Positions 18,521 through 29,748 are shown, numbered from the stretch's first letter. The stretch: 64,000 nt of DNA from an uncultured Acidobacteriota bacterium (GCA_963796275.1 CAWCKY010000007.1:1007383-1071382), one strand, 5' to 3'. Program-made: numbers and translations. The notes: generated by a model not told the origin, from the letters alone.

Positions 18521-21175
18521 ATGACCCATTACTTGCGCACTCTATTGACGAGACTGCGAGGATTGTTCGGATATCGAGGAACGGAGCGAGAACTCAACGA
18601 CGAGATCGAAACGCACATGCGCCTGCTCGCTGAGCGGTATGTCCGCCAGGGGATGAGTGAGGCCGAGGCCGCCCAAGCCGCCCGCCGCCAGTTCGGAAAC
18701 GTAACCTTGCTAAAGGAGGTCAATCGCGAGATGCGTGGAATCAGATTCATAGAGACGATCTTTCAGGATGTTCGGTACGTACTCTGGATGCTGAGGAGGA
18801 ATCCCGGATTCACTTGCGTCGCCGTACTCACCCTGGCGCTGGGCGTCGGGGCGAACACGGCGATCTTCAGTCTCGTCAATGCTGCTCTAATCCGGCCGCT
18901 GCCAGTCGTACGTGAGCCTAATCAACTTGTAGAAGTCTTCACTAGGGACGCCACCACTTCATATCCCGATTACGTTGATTATAGGAATCAAAACCAGGTG
19001 CTCTCCGGACTCTTCGCTCACGCTCCGGTGCAATTAATTCTGAATACTGACGGCTCAAGTGAGATGATCCTGGGTGAACTCGTTACCGGCAACTATTTTC
19101 AGGTATTAGGTGTGAACGCAGCCATTGGTCGGACCTTACTACCCGAAGATGACCAGACTCCTGGCGGAAGCCCGGTGGCAGTTATCAATTACGATCTTTG
19201 GCAGAATCGCTTCGGCTCCGATCCAAACATAACTGGAAGGTCAATTTCTCTCAACGGGCGCTCCTTTAATATTGTTGGAGTTGCTCCGAAAGGCTTCGTC
19301 GGCATAAATCTTGGATTCACTCGGCAACTTTGGGTTCCAATGATGATGCAGGAGCAGGCGCTGCCCGGAAGCAAGGTTTTGGAACATCGTGGCGCGAACT
19401 GGCTCAGAGTAACGGGACGTCTCAAGCCCGGCACAACTCTCGAGCAGGCGCAGTCTAATTTGGCATTCCTTGCGAATCAATTGACGCAAGCCTATCCCAA
19501 AACTAACAAGGGGAAGGTTGTCACTCTGGCGCCATCCGATAGCGCTGGAATTCCACCGGCAAGTCGGGCGGCGTTTCTTAAAAGCGTGAGAATCGCCATG
19601 GGCGTAGTGGCCCTGGTGTTGCTCATCGCCTGCGCAAATGTAGCGAGCTTACTACTATCACGATCCATCGCGCGTCGGAAAGAGATCGCAATCAGGTCGG
19701 CAATGGGTGCTGGTTCCGCTCGCCTTGTGCGACAGTTGCTCACTGAAAGCATCATGATCTCGTTAATCGGTGGCTCCCTGGGTCTGTTGCTGGCGCTCTG
19801 GCTCAGCAAGATATTGCTGACCTTCCCTCTTCCTTACTTCAATCCTAACACGTTCGACGTAGGATTGGATTGGAGAGTGTTTACCTTTTCATTAGTTATT
19901 TCGATTGTGAGCGGCATAATCTTTGGGTTAGCTCCAGCACTGCAATTCATGCACCCAGATGTGGTAACCGCGCTTAAAGATGATGTGCAAATACGCCATA
20001 TAGGCAAATATCGTCTCAACACCTTAATCGTAGCTTTCCAGATCGCACTTTCATTAGTCTTGCTGATTGCAGCCGGTTTATTTGTCAGAAGCTTTCGCCA
20101 CGCGCAAGCTATCATACTCGGCTTCGATACAGAAAAAGTGACAGTCATACCACTTGAGCTCCGCCTGAACGGATATGCTCCTGACGAGGGCAAACTGCTC
20201 TATCGGCGAATGGTAGAGCGCCTGGAGTCTCTGCCTGGCGTAGAATCTTTGAGCCTTGCCAGCATTGTTCCACTTAGCGGAAGCGGGAGTCAGTCCGGCA
20301 TACTTGTTCCAGGCGTTACTCCACCTCAGGGCAAGGACTACTTTACAATCGAGAACGTGATTGTAGGGCCGAAGTATTTTCAGACGATGGGCATACCTCT
20401 GCTCAAAGGGCGTGATTTCACCTTACAAGACGTACAAGACACTCCGCTGGTGGTCATTATTAATCAGGCAATGGCCCGTAGTTTTTGGCCCCATGAAGAT
20501 CCGATCGGTAAGGAATTCACCACCATCCGAGGAACTAGATATCGGATCGTCGGGTTAGCAAGTGACAGCAAGTATCGCTATCTCTGGACAGACCCTCAAC
20601 CCCTGTATTATGTGCCGTTTCTCCAACTCTACAGCTCCAGGATGAATTTCCTTGTGCGCACGAGTGGTGACCCGAGGCATACTCTGACTGTATTGGCGCG
20701 AGAAGTTCATGAGTTTGATAAGAATGTGCCGTTGGCGAAGGCTACGGAACTAAAAGAGGAGATTGCCAAATTGCTCGAGCCTCAACGGACGGCGGCGATA
20801 TTCTCAACCGGTTTTAGTCTCCTGGCGTTGCTATTAGCAATACTGGGACTCTACGGTGTGATGTCCTATTCGGTAAATCAGCGCGAACGTGAGATCGGCA
20901 TCCGCATGGCCCTCGGCGCGAATAAGCGCGAGGTGATCAGTTTAATTATCAAACGGGGAATGGGGACGGTATTGATTGGTATTACCCTCGGTGTGGTTGC
21001 TGCGTTGCTCATGACTCGTTTTCTCAAGACCCTGCTTTACGATATCAGTGTCACTGACCCGGTAACGTTCGTAGTTAGTTCAGTAGGATTGATTGTAGTA
21101 GCGCTATTCGCTAGCTATATACCTGCCCGGAGAGCAGCGAAAGTTGATCCGATAGCTACATTGCGGCGCGAGTAG
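18521..21175 (+). CDS. ADOP-family duplicated ABC permease (MacB/FtsX-type)
   Basis: Permease prefix (ELNDEIETH...ARRQFG), LALGVGANTAIFS, LLIACANVA, EIGIRMALGA, PARRAAKVDP; directly after PadR. Confidence 0.93.
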   Translation: MTHYLRTLLTRLRGLFGYRGTERELNDEIETHMRLLAERYVRQGMSEAEAAQAARRQFGNVTLLKEVNREMRGIRFIETIFQDVRYVLWMLRRNPGFTCVAVLTLALGVGANTAIFSLVNAALIRPLPVVREPNQLVEVFTRDATTSYPDYVDYRNQNQVLSGLFAHAPVQLILNTDGSSEMILGELVTGNYFQVLGVNAAIGRTLLPEDDQTPGGSPVAVINYDLWQNRFGSDPNITGRSISLNGRSFNIVGVAPKGFVGINLGFTRQLWVPMMMQEQALPGSKVLEHRGANWLRVTGRLKPGTTLEQAQSNLAFLANQLTQAYPKTNKGKVVTLAPSDSAGIPPASRAAFLKSVRIAMGVVALVLLIACANVASLLLSRSIARRKEIAIRSAMGAGSARLVRQLLTESIMISLIGGSLGLLLALWLSKILLTFPLPYFNPNTFDVGLDWRVFTFSLVISIVSGIIFGLAPALQFMHPDVVTALKDDVQIRHIGKYRLNTLIVAFQIALSLVLLIAAGLFVRSFRHAQAIILGFDTEKVTVIPLELRLNGYAPDEGKLLYRRMVERLESLPGVESLSLASIVPLSGSGSQSGILVPGVTPPQGKDYFTIENVIVGPKYFQTMGIPLLKGRDFTLQDVQDTPLVVIINQAMARSFWPHEDPIGKEFTTIRGTRYRIVGLASDSKYRYLWTDPQPLYYVPFLQLYSSRMNFLVRTSGDPRHTLTVLAREVHEFDKNVPLAKATELKEEIAKLLEPQRTAAIFSTGFSLLALLLAILGLYGVMSYSVNQREREIGIRMALGANKREVISLIIKRGMGTVLIGITLGVVAALLMTRFLKTLLYDISVTDPVTFVVSSVGLIVVALFASYIPARRAAKVDPIATLRRE

Positions 21176-21411
21176 GACCACCTTCTTCGTAGCTCTAACC
21201 AAGCTGAAAACTCGATTTGGAAGTTATTCACTTTACGACTCCGGTGAGGCGGTCTACCGTTCCGTTGGTCCAGGTTTTCTATCGCTTTTCTTAGGGTTTC
21301 TGAAGTCTCGAATCAATGTAGTCTTCAGATAGTTCATCGAAGTCTCCTTCCGCAATTTTTAGTCCATCTATCGATATCCGCTAATCGGCTCGACCGCCAA
21401 CGGAGTCGCGT

Positions 21412-21610
21412 TTATCTCTTCAAACGTCTGGCGATCTCCTTACCGAACTTGTCGCGCCTGACGGCGATCCGTTGCACGTATACGCGCGTCGTCGCCGCGT
21501 GCTTGTGGCCGAGCGCCTCCTGTGTCTCGCTCAAGCTGCCGCTGCCCTCCGCCACCATGCGCGCGAAGGAATGGCGCAATTGATGCAAAATGGATGTCGC
21601 CGATCTTCGG
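21412..21610 (-). pseudogene. Tyrosine recombinase C-terminal fragment
   Basis: Minus frame: LHQLRHSFARMVAEGSGSLSETQEALGHKHAATTRVYVQR...LKR*. Confidence 0.8.
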
Positions 21611-21649
21611 GTTCGAGAACGATTCGCCTAAAAATTCTCCACTTCTCTA

Positions 21650-22560
21650 ATCTCGAAGAGATCCATATGGAGTGGGAAGCTTACGACGGTTCCGGGGCTC
21701 GCCATCGACATATCGCCCGAATTCGCGAATATCTCGGGGTGAAGAAGTTCGATGAAACAGCGCACTCGATTTTATCGGCGACTGTGCGCCAAGCCGCACT
21801 GTTACGCGAAGATCTCGTTGATATCATCAATATTGTTATTGAGGAGCTTGTGCGTCGCCGTTACGAGTTGCCGCCTTTCCCCACCCTGCAGGCGTAATCG
21901 CAAAGAGCACGGACGGCGACCAATCGCGAATTTTTCGAGCGAGTCTCTCAATCCTTGGGAATAGATCGATGCCAGACAATCGATCGGTTGGCCGAAGTGG
22001 ATGGGGTCGAGAGAAGATCATTATGGCAATCATTGAAAGCGGATCCGGGCGCGCCGACACTCAAACAAATACGTGGGTGGGTGAAGCGGCTTTCCTGGCT
22101 CAAGTCTTTGGATATGCATTCGGCAAAATTCTTTGCCGGCGTTCCCGCCGTCAGAATGCAATCATTTGCTTTGGAAGCCCGCAGTTTGAACGCCGCGCGA
22201 ATGCTCGAAATGGAATCGCACAAGCGTTATACGTTGGCGGCGGCATTGGTGTCCCGACAGATTGCGCAATGTCTCGACGATCTTGGGGAGATGCTGATCA
22301 GAAGGTTCGTAAGATGCACCGCCAGGCGCATGAAGAATTTCAGCAGGCGTTGCTCGAGCGACAGACGCAGACCGATCAACTCATCAGCGCCTTTTCCAGG
22401 TCCTCTCGGTTTGGGTGGAGGGGACCTCCGTTAACCAAAAGCATACGGCTTTGGAATCGATTCTCAATCACCAGGCCGAGTCATTGATCGAGCTTTGCCG
22501 TCTGCATGAAGCCCTGACCAGGCACAACTATCTCGGTTTTTTGTGGAAGAACTATCTGAC
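21650..22560 (+). pseudogene. tnpA: Tn3-family transposase N-terminal remnant (DUF4158 region)
   Basis: RHRHIARIREYLG, DIINIVIEELVRRRYELPPFPTL, FALEARSLNAA, KRYTLAAAL, DDLGEM; multiple frameshifts. Confidence 0.75.
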
Positions 22561-23065
22561 ATTGGGGAAAGCGATCGTCATCCTCGACCCGGCGTCCGCA
22601 CAGGCGATTCCCGACGAGCTTCTCACGCTCGTGGATTACATCACTCCCAACGAGACAGATCTCGCGATGCTGAATGGTGTCACACGCGAGGGCAGTCTCG
22701 ATTGCAATGATGCTTCGCAGATGGCTCGCCGATCGTTATCACGAGGCGCGAAGCGAGTGATCGTCAAATTGGGGTCACAGGGCGCTCTGCTGGTAGGAGA
22801 AGACTACGAGCACTTTTGGCCGGCCGTGTCAGTCGTAGCGGTCGATACGGCAGCTGCCGGAGACGCGTTCAACGCCGCTTTAGCCGTCGCCTTGGCCGCC
22901 GGGAAATCTGAGATCGAGGCGGGAGAGTTTGCCGCAGTGGCAGCGGCATATTCAGTCACGCGCAAAGGCGCGCAGCCGAGCATGCCGACCTTGCAGGAGA
23001 TTGAGAATCTGCTTCGGAAAGAATCACTACAAAAATCACAAACGGAACAAAAGGCGCAAAGTTGA
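22560..23065 (+). pseudogene. Ribokinase (PfkB) C-terminal fragment fused to the transposase remnant
   Basis: ILDPAS, ITPNETD, VIVKLGSQGA, DTAAAGDAF, GAQPSMP. Confidence 0.8.
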
Positions 23066-23111
23066 CTTCTTTGTACCTTTTATTCCTTTTATCTTCTGTT
23101 TTTTTGTGACG

Positions 23112-24951
23112 TCAGTAACCTACGGCACACCCGTTAAGCCCTGAGGGCGCGGCCCCGATCCGTTTACCCGTCTTCGGATCGATTTGAATCGCAACCCAAT
23201 AACCGAGCTGGGCCCTCGCCTCTGTCTTCGAGAGAAGCTTAATGGCCTGTCCTTTGGCGATGACAGCTCCGACCAATTTTTCCGAAAAGTCGCCCTCCGC
23301 CATCGCCTCCCGGTAGGCTTGCGGAGTTGTTGACCCGCCAGCGGGGTCTATTTCTAAAAACGGTCCCCTGAAATTGGGAGTATCGATTGACCTTTTCAGG
23401 ATCCATGTCGAAATCGAGCACATTGACTAGGTTATTCAGCATCGTTGTGTGTAGTGCCGGGCCGCCAATACAGCTTGAAACCAGGTAAGGCTTGTTGTTT
23501 TTCAGCACAATCACTGGGTTGGTCGTTTCAGCCAATCGGTCGCCCGGTTTGAGTTTGGCGATCGCTGATTGCTGAAACGTGGCCGAATCGGGGATCGAGA
23601 TCCCATCGACGAATATCCCGGTGGCCCCCCAATTAATTGTGTTTATCGAATGGAGAAGGGCGGCAACGTTGCCTTGTGCATCCATGGCAACGACTCCGGC
23701 TGAGTGGTTGTTGCCGGTCTTCGACTCTCTTGCCGATAACATCTTTTGCCAGGCCGATTCATTCATCTTCCGCCAGAGGAGCCGGGCGCTCTCCTTCTTC
23801 ACTCGGGACTCAGGTGAAGGATCGATCTCGGGCACATACGTCTTGATGAACGCCGGTTGCCAAAAAGAAAGTGCAATACCCGCACGACAGATCTGAATAA
23901 AGTGATACAACGATTCGGATGAGGTTGTGTAATGACCATGCCGTTTCAGATCAGCCGCCTCCAGCAGATTGAATGCCTCAATCGTTTGTACGCCGCCAAG
24001 ACTAGGAAGACCGAGTGAGTATACCTGATAGCCGTGATAGCTGGTTTGCACAGGTTCGGACCAAATGGCCCGATATGCCTTCAGGTCTGTGAGCGTAATC
24101 TTGCCACCCTCGCTCTGCACCGCGGCCACCAACTTCTTCGCCCATTCTCCCTGGTAGATATAATCAGCCCCTTTTGCGGCTACCTTTCGCAGTGTCTCCG
24201 CCAATTGCGGCTGTTTGAAAAGATCGCCCGTTTCGTAGAATTCGCCGTTCTCTTTGGTGAAGATCCGCATCGTCTCAGGCCGCCGGGTGATGACCTTCTT
24301 TTCCTGGCTGATGTAGTAACTAAGAAGGCGGTCCACAATGACGCCTTTTTCTGCCAGATAGATAGCCGGGTCGAACAGGCTGGTGAAAGGGAGCTTGCCG
24401 AAACGATCGTGCGCAGCCTGCACTCCGGCGAAAAATCCAGGCACGAGCGCGGTGCGTCCGCTCGACATACCTCCCCCCGGAATGGTGAGCGGGTCTTTCT
24501 CCTCCAGCAGCGTGTTGTAGCCGGCATTGAGCGAGTAGACCTTTTTGCTAGCTGCGTCATAGTAGACCATCGTCAGAATTCCGGCGTAGCTGATCGTGGC
24601 GCCCGCTTTCAGTGCCACCTGTGCGAGCGCGGTGGTCAATGCGGCATCGACTGCGCTGCCGCCCTGCTGCAGTGCTTCCAGCCCAACACGCGCGGCTAAT
24701 GCATCAGAGGTTACCGCGACCATCCCCTTGCTGCTTTCAGCCGCCGGATGCGGCTTCATGTAGATATTTTGTAATTGCCAATACTTTTCCAGCTCGCCTT
24801 GCGGCCAGGCATCGGGAGACAGCTTGACCTCGCCCGATTGGCGCAACTGTGCGGAAATATTGCCTGTCGGTGCTACCTGCAATAGAAGCGCCAGTAGAAC
24901 GAGAAAATAAAGGCTGAGAGAGATACTATTTTTCATAAAACAGCTCCTCAA
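23112..24951 (-). CDS. Gamma-glutamyltransferase-family (Ntn hydrolase) protein, secreted; frameshift at ~23390
   Basis: GGSAVDAA, VPG, FGKLP, LFKQPQLAETL, GGKITLTDL, VVAMDAQGN. The C-terminal part is in ORF 23112..23423. Confidence 0.85.
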
Positions 24952-25074
24952 TATAGTTGGTCGGATTCGGGATTTGAGATAGTAGTAATTCAGAATTCAG
25001 TGATGCATAAGTTTTCAATTTTTAGTATTAGTTTTCTTGATCCTGCCGGATTTGTGAATCAGGCAATCACGCAA

Positions 25075-25215
25075 GCATCAGAGGCGCCCAATGTTTATAG
25101 CTCTGGCAACAAAGTATCTCGCAAGCTCCGACGGAGCAACATATCAGTATAGATACGCCGCCCCGCTGGGGCTGCAGGGCTTTAACTATAAACATACCTC
25201 CCCTCCGGGATTGAC
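25075..25215. repeat. REP-like palindromic repeat cluster
   Basis: GCTCCGACGGAGC, GCCCCGCTGGGGC and an ATGTTTATAG/CTATAAACAT inverted pair. Confidence 0.5.
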
Positions 25216-25422
25216 TCACAAAATCCGATGCGGCCAGCAATTTTAGATTATCGGATTTAGGGAAGTGAGATAGATTCAGTGGCCGTCCTGATATTCCGTT
25301 GATGTATCGTACTCTTTGATCATCTCAAGTTCCCGCGCTTTGTTCTGATGATCTCGCATAATATATTGCATTCTCCAGCTCAATGTACCTCTCAATGTAC
25401 CTCTACGCCGGATTATAGTCCA

Positions 25423-25555
25423 AGTGAGCGCGACTGATCCGGCAACCTTCGTGGTCATTGCTTTGCTGCTGGTCGGTGTCGCGCTGATTGCCAGCTACAT
25501 TCCGGCGCGGCGCGCAACGAAGGTCGATCCGCTACAGGCTCTTCGACACGAATGA
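25423..25555 (+). pseudogene. C-terminal fragment of a second ADOP permease
   Basis: [43 protein letters not shown]. Confidence 0.75.
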
Positions 25556-25658
25556 TGCGGCTTCAGGGCGAGCTTGGATGGAGAGGCATTTTGAGACCGC
25601 GCGACTTAGCACGGTAAATCACTTCAAGTATAGAACGTATTGTAGTATCATTCGTTCC

Positions 25659-25745
25659 GTGAAATTGACGATAGGATTGAAATTGAATCCGACGAAAGAG
25701 CAAGCTCTCGCATTGAAAGAGACGCTTGAGCGAGCCAATACGGAT
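25659..25745 (+). pseudogene. tnpB: TnpB (IS200/IS605) N-terminal fragment
   Basis: MKLTIGLKLNPTKEQALALKETLERAN, truncated at the cbiA 3' end. Confidence 0.6.
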
Positions 25746-25757
25746 GACCTTAATGAT

Positions 25758-27059
25758 TCATGGCAAAAAGAGCATGGCGGCGGCCTCTGGATTTGAAGCG
25801 AAGTAGCAGTGAAGGTAACTCGCGGTCAGTCGCTCCAGTTGATAAATTCCTTCCCCTGGCGAGGTCTTGAACAAACGCTCACCGGATGCAATCGGGGAGA
25901 GCGGCGTATCGATCACGGAATGGTGAAAGGTGTGACTGCGCAAGGCACCGCCTGGCATCAACGCCGTTTGATAACCCAAGCCTTGGAGCCGCGATTTCAT
26001 GGCAGCACTCCCCGGCAACAGGCCGACCATCTCGCCGCGCGCTCCGGCCTGGTCGCTCAGCGACTCGAGCAGATAGAGCATCCCCCCGCATTCCGCATAG
26101 ATCGGTTTGCCGGCTCGAAAGTGATCTTGCAGCGCGGCCTTCAATGCTACGTTCTCCTGCAATTGCTGCAGATGCAACTCCGGATAGCCTCCCGGCAGGT
26201 AAAGACTGTCGACCGCCGGCAACTGTCGATCGATGAGCGGCGAAAAGAAGACCAGTTCGGCGCCCATCCCTCGCAATATATCCAGGTTGGCCGGATAGAT
26301 AAAAGAGAACGCCGGATCACGAGCGACACCGATCCGAATGCCACCCAGTAGCGGCGGTGCCGGCTCGGGAGCGGAGCAAATGAATTCGACGGCCTCCGGC
26401 AAAGCGGCCAGAGCGGTCGAGCCAATTGAAGCAGCGGCGGCCGACAACCGGGGTTCGAGATCGTTCACTTCCGCAGCCTGAACCAGACCCAGATGCCGCG
26501 ACGGCATAGCAAACTGAGTCGAACGCGGCAATCCGCCAAGATAACGAATGTCCGCGGGCACGCCCTTCGCGATCATTTCGGCATGGCGCGGACTCGCAAT
26601 CGAATTGGCCACTACACCGGCGAACGGCAGTTCGGAACGATAGTTGGCAAGTCCGAGCGCGATCGCGCCCAGAGTTTGCGCGGTGCCGCCTGCATCGATC
26701 ACTGCCAGCACTGGCACTCCCAGTTTTTCGGCCAGATCGGCGCTGCATGGATCGCCGTCGTAGAGGCCCATGACGCCCTCGATCAGAATCAGGTCCGCCT
26801 CTTGCGTGGCGTCATAGACCTGGCGCCGGCATTCGGCCTCGCCCGCCAGCCAGAGGTCGAGTTGGTAGACCGGCCTGCCGCAGGCACGCTCCAGGATCAT
26901 GGGATCGAGAAAATCCGGGCCGGTCTTGAAGACTCTGACCTTGCGGCTTCGATCGGCGTGGAAGCGAGCGAGCGCGGCCGTCACGGTCGTTTTACCATGA
27001 TCGGAACCGGGAGCGCTGATGAAGAGCGCCGGGCAGCGTCGCGTTGGTAGGTTTTGCAT
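25758..27059 (-). CDS. cbiA: Cobyrinate a,c-diamide synthase
   Basis: SDHGKTT, KTGPDFLDP, IEGVMGLYD, SRHLGL, AFSFIYP, LPGGYPE, AECGG. Confidence 0.95.
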   Translation of the reverse strand: MQNLPTRRCPALFISAPGSDHGKTTVTAALARFHADRSRKVRVFKTGPDFLDPMILERACGRPVYQLDLWLAGEAECRRQVYDATQEADLILIEGVMGLYDGDPCSADLAEKLGVPVLAVIDAGGTAQTLGAIALGLANYRSELPFAGVVANSIASPRHAEMIAKGVPADIRYLGGLPRSTQFAMPSRHLGLVQAAEVNDLEPRLSAAAASIGSTALAALPEAVEFICSAPEPAPPLLGGIRIGVARDPAFSFIYPANLDILRGMGAELVFFSPLIDRQLPAVDSLYLPGGYPELHLQQLQENVALKAALQDHFRAGKPIYAECGGMLYLLESLSDQAGARGEMVGLLPGSAAMKSRLQGLGYQTALMPGGALRSHTFHHSVIDTPLSPIASGERLFKTSPGEGIYQLERLTASYLHCYFASNPEAAAMLFLP

Positions 27060-27064
27060 GGCGA

Positions 27065-28207
27065 TCAGCTCCAGGGTGTGCCCGTCGATTCGGATAAGAG
27101 CGCCGCGACCCTGGCGCGGTTCGGATGATAGCCGATAAATACCAGCTCCGATCTGTTCACTGATACCTGAACGGCACGGTCGCCGATCGTCACGCGCGAG
27201 CGCACCCCCTGCACCAGCACCGGGCGTGCAAAATCGGTTGTGCAGACAAATCCCTTGATTCGCAAGATCGGGTGTTCTCCAGCTAATTCGACCAGCGCGG
27301 CCTTCAGTCGTTCAATAAGCTGCGGAGCATGGCTATGCAGAGTGAACGACATCCATCCCGGATCCTGCTCGTGGAAATGCTGGTGCGTGGCCAGACCATG
27401 ACCGTGCGCTCGCAGACCGGAATGCGCATGACCGTTCAAGCGGTCCTGATTGCCAGGTAACGGTGAGCCGGAATCCGGGATCGCCGCCGTTTGTGATTGA
27501 TCGTGATCCTGTACCGCCAGGGTCGGCTGGTGTAGCCGTAATCCCAGAGCGAGCCTCAGATCGAGCTGTGCGTGATAGGCGAGTTCAAGGAAGCGCACGT
27601 TCGAGGCGCGCTGACGGATCCGGGTCTCAGCCTGTAAGAGCGCGTCTTCATCGAGCCCGTCGATCTTGTTCAGCACCACGACGTCGGCGGATTCGAGCTG
27701 CCGCTCGAACAAGGCCGCCACGGAGTTCGAGGCCTCGATCTGCGTACCCTCGACTCCCCCGGCTCGGTCGAATTGATCGGCTAATAACAATGGAGTGTCC
27801 ACCACTGCCAGCGTGGCATCCAGAATAAAATCGGCGGCCAGTTCGGGTCCCTGGAGTCTCTCCATGACGGCTGTCGGCAAAGCCAGGCCCGAGGTCTCGA
27901 TCAGCACCTGGTCGACCTGGGAACGGCGCACGGCTATGGCCCGCATAGTCGGGATAAAAAGTTCATCATCGCCATAAGCGATCAGACCGTGCGGGAGATC
28001 GTGAATCCGGATCCGGCCATGATCTTCAGCCTGGCCGCGCAGCAACATGCCATCGATTGAGACTTCGCCGAATTCGTTGATCACGAGCGCGAGCCGGCGG
28101 GCCGGTTCGCGTTTGGTAGAGACAGGATTAATCAACCGGCTCAGCAAGGTGGTCTTACCCGAGCCCAAAAAACCGGTGACGATGGTGACCGGGATCAATT
28201 GATTCAT
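27065..28207 (-). CDS. cobW: CobW/COG0523 GTPase with His-rich insert, lacking the CxCC motif
   Basis: VTGFLGSGKTT, NEFGE, IETSGLA, NKID, LRIKG; HAHSGLRAHGHGLATHQHFH. Confidence 0.85.
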   Translation of the reverse strand: MNQLIPVTIVTGFLGSGKTTLLSRLINPVSTKREPARRLALVINEFGEVSIDGMLLRGQAEDHGRIRIHDLPHGLIAYGDDELFIPTMRAIAVRRSQVDQVLIETSGLALPTAVMERLQGPELAADFILDATLAVVDTPLLLADQFDRAGGVEGTQIEASNSVAALFERQLESADVVVLNKIDGLDEDALLQAETRIRQRASNVRFLELAYHAQLDLRLALGLRLHQPTLAVQDHDQSQTAAIPDSGSPLPGNQDRLNGHAHSGLRAHGHGLATHQHFHEQDPGWMSFTLHSHAPQLIERLKAALVELAGEHPILRIKGFVCTTDFARPVLVQGVRSRVTIGDRAVQVSVNRSELVFIGYHPNRARVAALLSESTGTPWS

Positions 28208-29748
28208 AATATCTCCCATTTTGTCAGTTGCTCTAAAACTGCATTGAAGGTCGAGACGACCATTGGATAAGCCAGCTTGGGCCGTTGAATCACCAGCAAT
28301 GGGATTCCGAGGGCCTGCGCCGCCGCCGCTTTGGCGCAATAGCCGCCGGCGTCGCCGGAGTCCTTGGTCACCACGCAGTCGATCTGCCAATCGCGCCACA
28401 TCGCTTCATTGAATGCCTGCGAGAACGGCCCCTGCATCGCGCAGAGATGACTGCGTGGCACGCCCAGATCGATCGCTCGTTGAACGAACGCTGGCTCTGG
28501 GGTGATCCGGACGAACCACTGCCGTTCGGCTGCTCCTGGCGCGTGCAGAAAAGTCGCCAGGTCCTTGGATCCCGTCGCCAAAAAAATACGCCGCCCGAGC
28601 GCAATGGCACGTTCAGCCGCCTGCTCCATCGATTCGCAGACCTCGCCGTGATCCGGGGCCAGCGCGCCGGGCCGTTCATAGCGCAAGTACGGAATGCCGA
28701 TCTCACGCGACAGACCGATTAATTGTTCGGAGATGATGGCAGCATAGGGATGAGTCGCATCGACCAGAACCCGCGCCCGACTGAGGGTCAGCGCCTCCCG
28801 GCGCGCATCGACACCTCGACATCCAGCCCAGACAGAAACGCCGGGGCAGTCTTTGACCGCCACCTCGCCGCCATATTCGGTCGCGGCGGAGATCACCACC
28901 TGAGCCCCTCGCGCCGCCAGCCTGCTCGCCAGCGCATTGCCATCGCCGGTGCCGGAGAAGACCCAGACCGCCCGCTCAGGCAGTGATTGATCGCCGACAG
29001 TCTCATCAGCCGGCCGCCAGCCGTGGTATCCCCGGGGCGTAAAGATGTAACCGCGCTTGCGCTGGGTGAATCGGTTACCGATCACGATCGTGGTGAGCAT
29101 ATCGAATCGCAGCGCCGGTAACTCTTCCAGGCGGTGGATGCCGATCTGCTGGCCAGGCCGATAAGCGTTCTTCACCACGCCGCACCAAGTCTGCGGCGCC
29201 TTGGATCGAAGCATAATGTTCAGTATCCGGTAGACGCCGGTTTGCCGTCCGGCGCTCTGCACGTTATACAAGACGCAGGCCAGATCGGCCTCGGCGATGC
29301 ACCGGGCGCGCTCCTCGATCCATTCCCATGGGCAGAGCAGATCGGACAAGCTGAGGGTGGCGAAATCGTGCGACAGCGGCGAGCCCAGCAATGAGGCGCA
29401 GGCGTTCGCCGAGGTGATGCCGGGCACCACGTTCACCTCATATGGCTCGTCTTCCTTCATCTCCTCGAAGGCCAGCGCCGCCATGGCATAGATGCCGATG
29501 TCTCCGCCGGAGATTAAGGCGACTTTGGCGCCATGGCGAGCGTGATCAATAGCCAGCCGGGCGCGTTCTCGCTCCTGCGTCAGTGGCGGCGTGTGAATCT
29601 CCTTGCCCGCGAGCCACGGCTCGATCCAATGCAAGTAGAACTTGTAGGCCACGATCACCTCACTCTCGCGCAGCGCCGCTTCGGCACGCGGAACGATCAG
29701 GTCGCTAAATCCAGGCCCGACTGAAACCAGGTTCAGAATTCCGCTCAT
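28204..29748 (-). CDS. cbiH: Fused cobalt-precorrin-3B C17-methyltransferase / cobalt-precorrin-6A reductase (CbiH-CbiJ)
   Basis: N-half VSVGPG, GDIGIYAMA, LSLSDLL, FTPRGY; C-half FSGTGDG, DATHPYA, AMQGPFS, VTKDSG. Confidence 0.92.
   Translation of the reverse strand: MSGILNLVSVGPGFSDLIVPRAEAALRESEVIVAYKFYLHWIEPWLAGKEIHTPPLTQERERARLAIDHARHGAKVALISGGDIGIYAMAALAFEEMKEDEPYEVNVVPGITSANACASLLGSPLSHDFATLSLSDLLCPWEWIEERARCIAEADLACVLYNVQSAGRQTGVYRILNIMLRSKAPQTWCGVVKNAYRPGQQIGIHRLEELPALRFDMLTTIVIGNRFTQRKRGYIFTPRGYHGWRPADETVGDQSLPERAVWVFSGTGDGNALASRLAARGAQVVISAATEYGGEVAVKDCPGVSVWAGCRGVDARREALTLSRARVLVDATHPYAAIISEQLIGLSREIGIPYLRYERPGALAPDHGEVCESMEQAAERAIALGRRIFLATGSKDLATFLHAPGAAERQWFVRITPEPAFVQRAIDLGVPRSHLCAMQGPFSQAFNEAMWRDWQIDCVVTKDSGDAGGYCAKAAAAQALGIPLLVIQRPKLAYPMVVSTFNAVLEQLTKWEIL

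Noticed and set aside
22415-23065. 216-aa ORF as a novel fusion protein
   Set aside because: It is a chance in-frame junction of a Tn3 transposase remnant and a ribokinase C-terminal half
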